From contig CALJRW010000050.1 in the NCBI GenBank assembly GCA_937976335.1, forward strand, positions 1,335 to 65,334: 64,000 nt of DNA, given 5' to 3'. This document shows, in pieces, positions 28,425 through 38,034 of this stretch. The stretch comes from an uncultured bacterium (GTDB lineage: Bacteria > Bdellovibrionota_C > UBA2361 > CALJRW01). The translations under genes were made by a program, and so were the position numbers. Under the pieces are notes generated by a model, which had not been told where the DNA came from, ran no database searches, and worked only from the letters and a program-made list of their open reading frames with translations. Positions within the stretch are counted from its first letter, which is position 1, and each line of letters begins with the position of its first letter.

Positions 28425-30575
28425 ATGATAAAATATGAACTACTTATAGTAGGTGCTGGCCCTGCAGGAATTTCGGCTGCTATCAATGCTGCACACAATA
28501 ATATTTCCCATCTACTAATTGATAAAAATGAAATAGCTAGTTCGATTAAAAATTACTTTCCTGGCAAAATCATATCTGACGACAACTTTCTTCCTACTTT
28601 AGGTCCGCTCAAATTTAAGGAGAGCACTAAAGAAGAAATGCTTACATATTTATTATCTAAGATTGAAGAGTATAAAGTTAATTTTTCAAAAGATGAATTT
28701 GTAAGTTTTAGAGAAGCTGATGAAGGAAATTTTGAAATAAAACTTCAGTCTGAAAAAATTATAGTTAAGAAAATTATCTTTGCTTCTGGTTTTGAGAAAA
28801 AAGAAAATAGCGATAATTTTGTTAAAAATTCTCTAGAAAATCTCGATGAATATCATGATTTAGATATAATAATAATTGGTAATAATGATTGCGCTATTGA
28901 GGCATCTTTAGAGTTATGTAGAAGTAACCGAATTTATCTTTTAAATCCTTTCAATAAATTTTATTCAATTTCAAAAATCAATGAAGATAATTTACTAAAA
29001 GCAATTTCTCAAAATAAAATAAAGAGCTATAATTTTGCTAAGACTATTGAAATCTTAGATAGTTCGCTCACATTTCAAACAGAAAATGGATTAAGGAAAG
29101 TAGAATTTGATGAAATATTTTCTTATTCAGAAGGGGAGATAAACCCTAACGTAGTATTAAATGACCTATCATTAGAATTAGAAAAAGGATTCAGTACGAA
29201 TATATCTAATATTTACATGATAGGCTCTTTAACTGGTTTTTTATCTATAAAACATGCTTATTTACAGGGATTCTTAGTTATAGAGGAACTTTTAGAGCAT
29301 AGGTCCGCATTTAGTTATTCGCAGTTTTTAGCTGACTATATAAAAGAGTATGGAACTATAGATGAGCTTAAAAAAGCTTCTAAGTTTTTTACTTATTTAA
29401 ACTTTTCAGAATTATTTTCTTTATTACTTGAATCAAAATTTAGCTTAAAACAAAAAGATGAAGTAATTTTTCAACAGGGAGATAGCGTTGATTCAGTATA
29501 TATAATTTTAAGTGGTTTAGTTAGTTTTGATAATTTAGATTTTATCCTTAATGAAAGTAATATCTTTGGTGAACTTAATTTATTGAATTCAATGCCTAGA
29601 ACAGAAACAGCAAGAATGAGGGAAGCAGGAATTTTACTCGAAATACCTAGAAAGACATTGCTAAAAAATTATAATAATTCAAGTTTAGTGTATTTTATTA
29701 ATCAATCTTATCTTGCAAATTTTTCAATGTGCGTATTTGATATAAATAGCGAAGATTATAATAGTTTGTTTGAATATCTAGATGATTTTGAAGTAAGAGA
29801 ATATGTGAAAAACGATGCTATATTGATAAAAGATAGTTACGTTTTTCTTCAATCTGGATTAATTGAGATAAGAGGTATGCAAGATATTCAAAGACAAAAT
29901 ATCTCTTATTATTTTCAGTATAATAAATTGTTAAATACGATTGAGAATGAGAATCAGAAATTTCAAATTTTAGCTAATAAATATACGAGAACTTTAGAGG
30001 TTAAGAAAAAAGATCTAAAAAATTACATAGATAATAATAAAAAATTAAGTATTGATAATGAAAACTTAAATGTTGCAAAAGCATTAGTCATTGATGCAGA
30101 AAATTGTATAGCTTGTTCAATGTGTGAAAAAGCTTGTTCTGAAACGCATGATGGTAATTCTTGGTTAAGTTTTTCTTCTGGAATGAAGATAGATAATCAG
30201 CTATTAATTACCTCATGTTTGCTTTGTAAGAATCCATTATGTATGAGCGATTGCCCAACAAATGCAATACACAGAAAGTCCAACGGTCGTATTTATATTA
30301 CTGATAACTGTGTCAATTGTGGTAATTGTGTTAGTAATTGTCCATATGACGTAATACAGAGTGATGAATCTTCTATAGGTACAACTTATGTTCCAAATTC
30401 GAATTCATGGCAGGCTAGAGTTAAAAAACTTTTTGGCTTTAAACAAAATCAAAAAAATAATAGAGTATTTAATTGTGATTTATGTGAAGAGTTATTAAAT
30501 GAACCTCCTTGTGTGAATTCATGTCCCACTGGAGCAATTAAGCGAGTTCATTCTTCTCTTTTGGAGATATTGTAA
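28425..30575 (+). CDS. Fusion protein: FAD/NAD(P)-binding oxidoreductase + cyclic-nucleotide-binding domain + two 2x[4Fe-4S] ferredoxin domains
   Basis: LLIVGAGPAGISAAINAA dinucleotide-binding fold. CAP-type cNMP domain IFGELNLLNSMPRTETARMREAGILLEI. Four Cys clusters: CIACSMCEKAC, CLLCKNPLCMSDCP, CVNCGNCVSNCP, CDLCEELLNEPPCVNSCP. Confidence 0.75.
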   Translation: MIKYELLIVGAGPAGISAAINAAHNNISHLLIDKNEIASSIKNYFPGKIISDDNFLPTLGPLKFKESTKEEMLTYLLSKIEEYKVNFSKDEFVSFREADEGNFEIKLQSEKIIVKKIIFASGFEKKENSDNFVKNSLENLDEYHDLDIIIIGNNDCAIEASLELCRSNRIYLLNPFNKFYSISKINEDNLLKAISQNKIKSYNFAKTIEILDSSLTFQTENGLRKVEFDEIFSYSEGEINPNVVLNDLSLELEKGFSTNISNIYMIGSLTGFLSIKHAYLQGFLVIEELLEHRSAFSYSQFLADYIKEYGTIDELKKASKFFTYLNFSELFSLLLESKFSLKQKDEVIFQQGDSVDSVYIILSGLVSFDNLDFILNESNIFGELNLLNSMPRTETARMREAGILLEIPRKTLLKNYNNSSLVYFINQSYLANFSMCVFDINSEDYNSLFEYLDDFEVREYVKNDAILIKDSYVFLQSGLIEIRGMQDIQRQNISYYFQYNKLLNTIENENQKFQILANKYTRTLEVKKKDLKNYIDNNKKLSIDNENLNVAKALVIDAENCIACSMCEKACSETHDGNSWLSFSSGMKIDNQLLITSCLLCKNPLCMSDCPTNAIHRKSNGRIYITDNCVNCGNCVSNCPYDVIQSDESSIGTTYVPNSNSWQARVKKLFGFKQNQKNNRVFNCDLCEELLNEPPCVNSCPTGAIKRVHSSLLEIL

Positions 30576-30576
30576 G

Positions 30577-31389
30577 TTGAATAAGGAAACTTTTTTTAAT
30601 CATAAGAGATATTTTTATCTAAAAGTTTTTTTTCTTTTATATATTTTTTGTTTAATCTTTTTTTGTATTGAAAGCAGTGTAAATTCAAAAACTTTTTCTA
30701 GCATAATTAATCAGATTTTAGGTGTAATTTCTTTTGTTGCATATTGTTATTTGTTATATTTTGGACTTGTAAAACGAAAGTATAAAAGTTTTAAAAAGCC
30801 AATTAAAGAAACTCTTTCAATACATATCTGGTTAGGTGTTTTTTTAATTTTTATAGTCCCTCTTCATTCAGGTTTTTCAAATCTTGGGAATAATTTACAC
30901 AGTTATTCCTATTATATGCTAGTCATAGTAGTATTAACTGGAATATGGGGATGTATTAATTATTCAAGAATGTCATCTGACTTAAGTACCTATGATTCAA
31001 GTTTGACTGAGCTAATTAATCAAATAGAGATACTTAATATTGATATTAAAAAAGAATTAACAGATAAGACAGAAAAGTTTCATAAATTAAAAAATAATTT
31101 TGATTTGAATTTAGAATACAGCTTCTTGAAATTGTTTTTAAAAAGAAATTTATCAATTTTAGATACTCAATCAGCAGCAAGTGCAGTTTTAGATTTAGAG
31201 CCTGAAGAAAGAAATCAAGCTATGAAAGTTATTAGTAGAATTGGGAAAAAAAGAGAGCTACAAATAATGCTTCAAGAAAAAATTAAAAATAATGGTTGGC
31301 TTAAAATTTGGTTATATTTTCATGTGCCTGCATCTTTTGTTGGACTGATTTTAATTCTTTTACATGTTTTTTATATACTAATTTATTAA
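30577..31389 (+). CDS. Polytopic membrane protein, unknown (conserved His in TM helices)
   Basis: 270 aa, four to five TM helices. His residues in TM segments (IHIWLGVF...VPLHSG, LLHVFYIL). Sits between the Fe-S flavoprotein and the multiheme cytochrome. Confidence 0.5.
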   Translation: MNKETFFNHKRYFYLKVFFLLYIFCLIFFCIESSVNSKTFSSIINQILGVISFVAYCYLLYFGLVKRKYKSFKKPIKETLSIHIWLGVFLIFIVPLHSGFSNLGNNLHSYSYYMLVIVVLTGIWGCINYSRMSSDLSTYDSSLTELINQIEILNIDIKKELTDKTEKFHKLKNNFDLNLEYSFLKLFLKRNLSILDTQSAASAVLDLEPEERNQAMKVISRIGKKRELQIMLQEKIKNNGWLKIWLYFHVPASFVGLILILLHVFYILIY

Positions 31390-31390
31390 T

Positions 31391-32923
31391 ATGAAGATAG
31401 TTTACGTTTGTGAAAAGATAGAAGTTGGTGGTCATGTAGAGGAAAGTTCACAAGAATTTGGTCTAGGGGAGCTTATAGTTGGAAGGGGAGGAGATTCTAA
31501 ATTAGTGTTTAAAGATCCATCTCTGTCTCTTGAGCATGCGAAGTTTATACTTTCTAATTCAAGCTTAATTGTTGAAGATTTAAGTAATTCTGCAGGTGTT
31601 TATGTAAATGATTCTTATGAACTTAAGAAAACTTTAAATGAACAAGATATAGTTAAAATTGGCTCAAAAGAATTTTTAATAAAGAAAGAAAATGATTCGT
31701 GGATTTTAAAAGAGACTGTGAATGTTAATGCTGATGAAACTCGAAAAGAAGTTGTTGGAAAAATAGTTGAAGAACTTAATATTTTAAAAAAATCTCCAAA
31801 TATATTATTTTTTAGTTTAATTGCTGGATTAATTACCTTAATTCTATTTTTACTTCTTCCATATTTTGGTTTTAATAAGGCCTTTATTAGCCCTGGCAAG
31901 ATATCGAATGCTCATATAGCTTTTGAAAAAGATTGTGTTAAATGTCATTCAAGTTCTTTTTCCAATGTTAAAAATTCAGATTGTAATGCTTGTCATAAAA
32001 ATAATGAACATCATAATAATTTAACTAAGCTTGTTAATTTAGACAAAAAACTAGATAGAGATTGTGTTGAATGCCATTCCGAACATAAGGGCAAAAATAC
32101 TCATAAATACGAAGATTCAAGTACTTGTATAAATTGCCATTCAAATTCTTCAAATTTAAATGTTGATGATTCTTTACGGGAAGTTAGTAATCTTTTAACT
32201 CACCCTGAATTTAAAACAGATAAAGATTTTATAAAGCATATTAAATTTAATCATCAGTTACACTTTGCAAAAAACTTCGAAATGGAAAATTGTCAAACTT
32301 GTCATGACTTTAGTAAGAAAGTGGAAAAAAGTGTAAGCTATGTTGAAAACTGTAGCTCTTGCCATGCATTAAATTTTGATGAGCGTCTACCAAACTTAGT
32401 TACTCCTCATGTAGAACCAAATTTAGTTTTTAATTTTATGTATTCTGAATATGCTAAGTTATATCTAAATGAAAAGCCTTCAGCAAAGAGTGATTTTGAT
32501 CTTAGTAAAAAACCTGGATATTCAAAAAAAGTTTACTCTAATTTAGATGAAAGAAAATTTGCAAAAGACGTTATTTTAGCAGAAGCCCGTTATTCAGAAC
32601 AATCTCTTTTTGAAGGTGGTGAATGTGCTAAATGTCATAATGTATCAAAGCTTTCTAATGTTGATCTAAATTCTTTAACAAGTATTTATCAAGTCATTAA
32701 TTTATCAAAGAAAAAACTTTCATATAATACACATTCTTTTTCTCACAAAAAACATTTATCTGTATCATGTAAAAATTGCCACGGAGATGTAGCTAGTTCG
32801 AAAGATTTAAAAACGTTAACACAGCCAAGTATTAAAAATTGTTTAGAATGTCATTCGGATAGTGGGAGTGATGGGAAGATAGAGACTCAGTGTGTTGATT
32901 GTCATTATTATCACGGGGAGTAG
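31391..32923 (+). CDS. FHA domain - single TM - multiheme (about 10 CxxCH) cytochrome c
   Basis: FHA: LIVGRGGDSKLVFKDPSLSLEHAKF...NSAGVYVNDS. TM: ILFFSLIAGLITLILFLLL. Ten CxxCH motifs: CVKCH, CNACH, CVECH, CINCH, CQTCH, CSSCH, CAKCH, CKNCH, CLECH, CVDCH. Confidence 0.8.
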   Translation: MKIVYVCEKIEVGGHVEESSQEFGLGELIVGRGGDSKLVFKDPSLSLEHAKFILSNSSLIVEDLSNSAGVYVNDSYELKKTLNEQDIVKIGSKEFLIKKENDSWILKETVNVNADETRKEVVGKIVEELNILKKSPNILFFSLIAGLITLILFLLLPYFGFNKAFISPGKISNAHIAFEKDCVKCHSSSFSNVKNSDCNACHKNNEHHNNLTKLVNLDKKLDRDCVECHSEHKGKNTHKYEDSSTCINCHSNSSNLNVDDSLREVSNLLTHPEFKTDKDFIKHIKFNHQLHFAKNFEMENCQTCHDFSKKVEKSVSYVENCSSCHALNFDERLPNLVTPHVEPNLVFNFMYSEYAKLYLNEKPSAKSDFDLSKKPGYSKKVYSNLDERKFAKDVILAEARYSEQSLFEGGECAKCHNVSKLSNVDLNSLTSIYQVINLSKKKLSYNTHSFSHKKHLSVSCKNCHGDVASSKDLKTLTQPSIKNCLECHSDSGSDGKIETQCVDCHYYHGE

Positions 32924-32925
32924 CT

Positions 32926-32985
32926 ATAGATATCCCTCGACTCGGCTGAGATCGCCGGAGGTCGGGGGTATAGAAAGAACGGCTA
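32926..32985. repeat. GC-rich hairpin element, divergent relative of repeats A/B
   Basis: atagatatCCCTCGACTCGGCtgagatCGCCGGAGGTCGGGGGtatagaaag. Shares CCCTC...GGAGG.C...GGGG(A/G)TATAGAAAG with A/B. Confidence 0.6.
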
Positions 32986-33112
32986 CAAGCACTCAGTGTT
33001 TAGGCTCCTGTAACTTGATTTGTTGTGACTGTAAGTTATCATTTTCATGAAGATTGTCTTGAGGTTTTACCAAATCTTATCTTAAGAGTTTAAAGTATGA
33101 TAATGTCTCATA

Positions 33113-33463
33113 ATGCTAGATGATCGACAGGAAATAGAGTTGGGAGAGACAAGAGAATTGTCGCGAAAGCCTCATTCATTTCATGATATCGATATTGTTG
33201 CGGTACGTGGACGACTCAATCTTGAACTTTCAGCAGACTATACTGTTGCTAAAGTACGAGGCCACAACGCCTATTTCTTATTGGAGAATCCAAATGGTCT
33301 ACCGAGAGGTGGCCGGTATGATTCACTTGCGGAGATCCAGCAGTTTTCGAATGTTTCTTTTCTAGAAGAAACTACACCTGCCTTTCAAGATGCATATTTT
33401 CTTAATATTAATCGGGAGCTTTTGAATTCTTTGGGTATTACCACAACCCCATCTGATAATTGA
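33113..33463 (+). CDS. Hypothetical protein (possible antitoxin partner of the downstream PIN gene)
   Basis: 116 aa, elevated GC, no recognised motif. Its stop lies beside the PIN-domain N-terminus. Confidence 0.35.
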   Translation: MLDDRQEIELGETRELSRKPHSFHDIDIVAVRGRLNLELSADYTVAKVRGHNAYFLLENPNGLPRGGRYDSLAEIQQFSNVSFLEETTPAFQDAYFLNINRELLNSLGITTTPSDN

Positions 33464-33821
33464 CTCTTCAGCTTGGATAGCTTTCTTTTTTGGTAGCAAA
33501 AATGCAAGACATTTTAATAAAGTTATAAGTAATACTGAGTATATTTTAGTGCCGACAATTTGCATATACGAAGTATTTAAAAAAATTTTAAGTGTCAGTA
33601 ATGAAAGTGACGCCATTTCTGCTGTTGCTCAAATGAAAAAAGGACAAGTTTTGGAATTAACTTTTGATATTTCTTTGTTAGCTGCAAAAATCAGTTATCA
33701 AAAAAAACTAGCTATGGCGGACAGTATTATATTTGCAAGTGCTAATGCTTATGATGCTATAATTTGGACGCAAGATAAAAATTTTGAAGGCTTAGAAAAC
33801 GTTAATTATTATAGTGTTTGA
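33453..33821 (+). CDS. PIN-domain protein (VapC-like toxin) with no canonical start codon
   Basis: Frame-0 translation (L)IIDSSAWIAFF...EYILVPTICIYEV...ADSIIFASANAYDAIIWTQDKNF carries the PIN acidic residues. No in-frame ATG/GTG/TTG after the stop at 33423-33425. Candidate CTG at 33453; the six-frame track begins at the internal GTG 33549. Confidence 0.55.
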   Translation: MIIDSSAWIAFFFGSKNARHFNKVISNTEYILVPTICIYEVFKKILSVSNESDAISAVAQMKKGQVLELTFDISLLAAKISYQKKLAMADSIIFASANAYDAIIWTQDKNFEGLENVNYYSV

Positions 33822-33876
33822 AGTATTCTCTATGCGATACTTTGTAACTCGGGGTTTCCGTGGTTCAATCATAGCT

Positions 33877-34353
33877 TCACTTAGGAAACTTCTTAGACTT
33901 AAGATCAACCATAGCTGACCAAATTTCCTTAAAAATAGAATCTTTACCTTTTTTATTACTTAAAATTGAAGGTGTTTCATAAATTGATTTTAAATCAGGT
34001 GCCGTATAAATTTCGTCTTTTCTTGATTCACAAATTGGAATGTGAGCGGTTTCAATAATATACTGTGCTTCAGGAGCTTGGTAGTTAGTTACTCTCCAAA
34101 ACGCATATCTTGCGCAAGCTGTAGCAAAGGAGCAGCTTAGTACAAATCTTCCGGTTTCTTTATTAGGGCTCAAATCAAATTTAACGTCTACATCATTAAC
34201 TAGAAAAAAATTTGCTTCTAATGCAGAGAGCCACTCTTTTCTAGCCCTAAAAGCTGAAAGCTCATCATTGTAGAGACCAAATAGGGTTAAGTTTTCCTGA
34301 TCGAAGCAAACTCCTTCAGGTAGTGTATTTAGCGATATATCTAGTGTATTCAT
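33877..34353 (-). CDS. Hypothetical protein
   Basis: 158 aa, no recognised motif. Confidence 0.4.
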   Translation of the reverse strand: MNTLDISLNTLPEGVCFDQENLTLFGLYNDELSAFRARKEWLSALEANFFLVNDVDVKFDLSPNKETGRFVLSCSFATACARYAFWRVTNYQAPEAQYIIETAHIPICESRKDEIYTAPDLKSIYETPSILSNKKGKDSIFKEIWSAMVDLKSKKFPK

Positions 34354-34783
34354 TTATTATCCTATTACCCCCACCTTCGAAAATTGTGGTAGATATTTAA
34401 GTTTTAGAAAGCCCTAAGAGTTTTCCTTGCTTATGCTGTTATTTATCTAATTCGTCTGATATGCTAAAAGTCTTAACAGTAAAAAAAACTAGTAACATAT
34501 TGAAATTACTAGATGTTATAAAAAATATTCAGGCACATTGGGTTTTTCCTGATGTAACTTGTGCAAAAGAAATTATTTTGGCCTTTTAGCTAGATAAATA
34601 ATAGAGCGCTTTTGCCTTAATTTTGTGCTCAATGCTTCAGGAAACTGAAAACTTTCTGAAGTCCACTGGAGGGAAGTTAGGAAAAACCCTTCGAAAATAT
34701 GCGCTAAAGTAAATTTAAGCTTTAGATCATTAGAAGAGCACAATGTCAGAGGGTATTTTCGATTTTTAAAGGAAATTTAAGTC

Positions 34784-35587
34784 ATGAGAGATGGAGATAG
34801 TAGAGATAGTAGAGGAAGAAGCGGTCGACGTGGAGATGGGCGCGATAATGGTCGTGGAGATAACCGAGGAAGAGGTGGAAGAAGAAATGGCGGCCGAAAT
34901 GGTAGGGGCCGTGGTGGAGATAACAGAGGTCGCGGTGGTAGAGGCGGATATAGAGGTCGTTCAAACCATAGAAGGCAAGATCCAAGGGCAGCATCTAGGA
35001 GTGGAAATAGAAGAGAGAGGATAGCTGTAGAGAGTGGGTATTTAGTTCTTATTGATCAGTTCATGCTTGCGAATAAACAATTTTCAGACAAAGTTCTTGA
35101 GGTGATAGATGAAGAACCTAATGAAAAAAATGCTATAATTAAATCTTATGGTGGAACGGTTGTGGAGTTGGAACCTGGCACATATAGGATTGATAGAGAT
35201 CCATATGCGTATACAATAGTAATTCATGCAGATGGTGAAAGAGTCGATTCTAAAGAAGCAGTAGATGAAGCTGGTGAAAAAAATGTAGGTAGTGTTTATG
35301 TAGACACACGTTGTCTTGCAATGTTTGATAGAGAATTACTTGATGATAGTGCACTTTTAGATAAATACAGAAGCTTATGGGCTTCAGGTGATGAAAAAGC
35401 GTGTAGAGATCTTCTAAGAGATAACGGTGGAGCTGTTAGATATGGCTTTAGTAGATATGGTGATGAACTAGGAGTTTATTCATTAGAAGATCAAGATGTA
35501 GTTTGTCTTTGGCCTGATGTAGCGGAAGCTAAAAAAGAGGCTGAATCATCAGAAAAATCTGAGGAAGTGGCTCAAGCAGCAGAGTAA
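34784..35587 (+). CDS. Protein with about 90-aa N-terminal Arg/Gly-rich (RGG-box-like) low-complexity region and acidic globular C-terminal domain
   Basis: RGRGGRRNGGRNGRGRGGDNRGRGGRGGYRGR, then a roughly 170-aa unknown domain and an EKSEEVAQAAE tail. Confidence 0.55.
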   Translation: MRDGDSRDSRGRSGRRGDGRDNGRGDNRGRGGRRNGGRNGRGRGGDNRGRGGRGGYRGRSNHRRQDPRAASRSGNRRERIAVESGYLVLIDQFMLANKQFSDKVLEVIDEEPNEKNAIIKSYGGTVVELEPGTYRIDRDPYAYTIVIHADGERVDSKEAVDEAGEKNVGSVYVDTRCLAMFDRELLDDSALLDKYRSLWASGDEKACRDLLRDNGGAVRYGFSRYGDELGVYSLEDQDVVCLWPDVAEAKKEAESSEKSEEVAQAAE

Positions 35588-35710
35588 TTGTTTTAAGTAA
35601 AACTCAATTTGATTACATAGGCTATTAATCACGTTGTTATTTTGCTTATTCTTTTTTTAGGTTAAGGCTAGTAGTAAATTTAGTCTAAAATAACTTGAGC
35701 TAGTTAAGCA

Positions 35711-36490
35711 GTGGGTTACCCTATGGTTCTAAAATATTTACTAGAAAAAATAGAATCAAGGCTTACATTCAGGCCGTATAAAAAAAAATGGAAAGAAAGC
35801 GATGAATCAAATTATCAAGAATTTTCTGTCTTAGATAAATATGAGAATAATATACATTTAAGATTTTACGATCTAAAAACTAAAGATGTGTTAATCTTTT
35901 CTCATGGAAATGAATCGAATATTTCTCAATTAGATCATAAATGTGATTTTTTTAGAAAAATAGGTTTATCTTTTATAACATATGATTACCCAGGTTATGG
36001 AAAAAGTTCAGGTGTGCCTTCTGAACAAAAATTATTCTCAAGTCATGAAGCAGTTATAAAATTTGTAAATAGTGAGTTAGGTTTTGATCTTGAAAAAAAT
36101 ATTATTATTTTTGGTCAATCATTGGGAGGTGCCGTTACTTGTGATTTTGCTTCAAAGCAAAAAGTAAAAGCAGTAATATTAGAATCTACTTTTACTTCCA
36201 CTCACGATATGTCGAAAGTCGTTCTGAAAGGTTTGCCTGTATATCTTTTTATTAGCAATAAATTTGTCAATATAGAAAAAGTTGGAAAAATTAATAGTCC
36301 TCTACTTTTTGCTCATGGAACTTTAGACAATCTTACTCCTTTTTCTTTTGCCAAGAGATTATTGGCTAAATCTAGGAAAGAAACCTCATTTCTATTTGAG
36401 ATTGAAGGTGGTGACCATTGGAATCAAATAGAAAAAGGTGGAGAGAATTATGTAAATGCAGTTAGAGAATTTTTATCTAAAATTGAATAA
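35711..36490 (+). CDS. Alpha/beta-hydrolase fold protein
   Basis: GQSLGG nucleophile elbow. Asp/His further down (HGTLDN...GGDHW). Confidence 0.7.
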   Translation: MGYPMVLKYLLEKIESRLTFRPYKKKWKESDESNYQEFSVLDKYENNIHLRFYDLKTKDVLIFSHGNESNISQLDHKCDFFRKIGLSFITYDYPGYGKSSGVPSEQKLFSSHEAVIKFVNSELGFDLEKNIIIFGQSLGGAVTCDFASKQKVKAVILESTFTSTHDMSKVVLKGLPVYLFISNKFVNIEKVGKINSPLLFAHGTLDNLTPFSFAKRLLAKSRKETSFLFEIEGGDHWNQIEKGGENYVNAVREFLSKIE

Positions 36491-37191
36491 TGATATCTGA
36501 GAAAAATATAATTAAGAAATTTAATTTTGATAAATTTTATTTTTCACTTGCCAGTTCTTCTGATATTCTAAATTTTGATTTATCTACTGAAGAACAAGTT
36601 ATTTTAGCGAAATTTAAATCTGAAAAAAAGAAAATTGAATTTTCCTTAGGAAGAACTGTTGCTAAATCTGTTCTTAACGAGCTATTGCCTGAAAAATCAC
36701 ATTCACTTTTGCCACGTGATTCGGGGGAAGTTATATGGCCAGTTAATTATTGTGGATCTATTTCGCATTGTAATTTGTATAGAGAAGGCGAAAAGCAAAA
36801 ACAATTAATTGCAATTTCGCTAGTTTGTAAAACTGAAGAATTTACCTCTGTTGGTGTTGATATAGAACATATTGAAAGGAAATTAAGTAATGGTATGTTT
36901 CAAAAAATTGCATGCGAATCAGAGATTAAATCCTTTTCAAGAGAACCTGATGCTGCCTTAAAAATTTTTTGCGCTAAAGAAGCTATTTATAAAGCCTTAT
37001 TTCCAAAAGTAAATACTTATATAGGCTTTTTGGATGTTATTCTTGAACCGAGCAGTAAAAAAAATATATATAAGGCAACCTTAGTTAAAGATTTTAATAC
37101 TTATTATAGCCAAGGCTTTAATTTTGAAGTACATATAATGAAGCACCAAGAATTAATGCTAGCTTTTCTTGGATTTCCTAAAAAAGGGTAA
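36490..37191 (+). CDS. 4'-phosphopantetheinyl transferase (Sfp/EntD type)
   Basis: GVDIEHIER and FCAKEAIYKA PPTase motifs. Confidence 0.75.
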   Translation: MISEKNIIKKFNFDKFYFSLASSSDILNFDLSTEEQVILAKFKSEKKKIEFSLGRTVAKSVLNELLPEKSHSLLPRDSGEVIWPVNYCGSISHCNLYREGEKQKQLIAISLVCKTEEFTSVGVDIEHIERKLSNGMFQKIACESEIKSFSREPDAALKIFCAKEAIYKALFPKVNTYIGFLDVILEPSSKKNIYKATLVKDFNTYYSQGFNFEVHIMKHQELMLAFLGFPKKG

Positions 37192-37194
37192 TAT

Positions 37195-38016
37195 ATGAAT
37201 CACTTATTTGAAAAAATTCAAGAATCAGATTTTTTTACTCGTATTGTACTTCACTATGGTTTAAAAGGCTTAGGGGCAATTTTTGTTTTAATCTTTTTTT
37301 GGATATTTGCAGGTTGGGCAAGTTCAATTGCAAAAAAAACACTTTCAAAAACTAAAGTTGATAAAACTCTAGCCATTTTCTTCTCTACTGCTCTTAGATG
37401 GTTGATTTTACTTTTTGCAATTTTTACTTGTTTTGGTTTTTTTGGAATTAATACAACTAGTTTTGCAACGATATTAGGAGCGGGTGGTTTAGCTTTTGGC
37501 TTAGCATTCCAAGGAGCTCTTTCAAATGTTGCAGCTGGTTTTATGCTTTTATTATTTCGTCCGTTCAAGATAGGGGATGTAGTTAATTTAGATGGTTTTC
37601 TTGGTAAGGTTGGAGAGATAGATTTATTTACAACCTCTATTAACACTTTAGATAATCGAAGAATCATAATACCGAATGGTAAAATTTTTGGTTCGACAAT
37701 TGAAAATGTAACTTTTCACAGCAAAAGAAGAGTGGATATTACGATAGGAGTTTCATATTCTTCTGACATAGAAGAAACCCGAGAAGTATTATGGGAGGCA
37801 GTCAATAATTTAGATAAGGTGCTAGAAGCACCAGCTCCTGAGATTTTTTTAGCAAAACTTAATGATTACTCTGTTGATTGGGAAATTAGGGCATGGTGTT
37901 TATCTACAAACTGGATTGCCTTAAGGCAAGATATAAATAAAGCTGTAAAAGAAAGTTTAGACAAGAACTCAATTGAAATTCCGTTTCCTAGGATGGATGT
38001 TTCAAGTTTGGGTTAG
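37195..38016 (+). CDS. Small-conductance mechanosensitive channel (MscS family)
   Basis: Three TM helices and the conserved pore-helix region GAGGLAFGLAFQGALSNVAAGFMLLLFRPFKIGD. Confidence 0.85.
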   Translation: MNHLFEKIQESDFFTRIVLHYGLKGLGAIFVLIFFWIFAGWASSIAKKTLSKTKVDKTLAIFFSTALRWLILLFAIFTCFGFFGINTTSFATILGAGGLAFGLAFQGALSNVAAGFMLLLFRPFKIGDVVNLDGFLGKVGEIDLFTTSINTLDNRRIIIPNGKIFGSTIENVTFHSKRRVDITIGVSYSSDIEETREVLWEAVNNLDKVLEAPAPEIFLAKLNDYSVDWEIRAWCLSTNWIALRQDINKAVKESLDKNSIEIPFPRMDVSSLG

Positions 38017-38034
38017 ATATTTAGGATAAATTGT

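Noticed and set aside
33841-33870. tRNA-like T-loop (GGTTCAATC) in the intergenic region after the PIN gene
   Set aside because: The flanks cannot form acceptor or T stems and there is no CCA-proximal pairing, so this is not a tRNA. No convincing tRNA, rRNA or CRISPR array was seen anywhere in the window.
34782-35024. ORFs 34791-35024 (+) and 34782-34994 (-) overlapping the RGG-rich N-terminus
   Set aside because: They are alternative frames of the GC-rich Arg/Gly codon repeats. Only the long frame continues into a globular domain.
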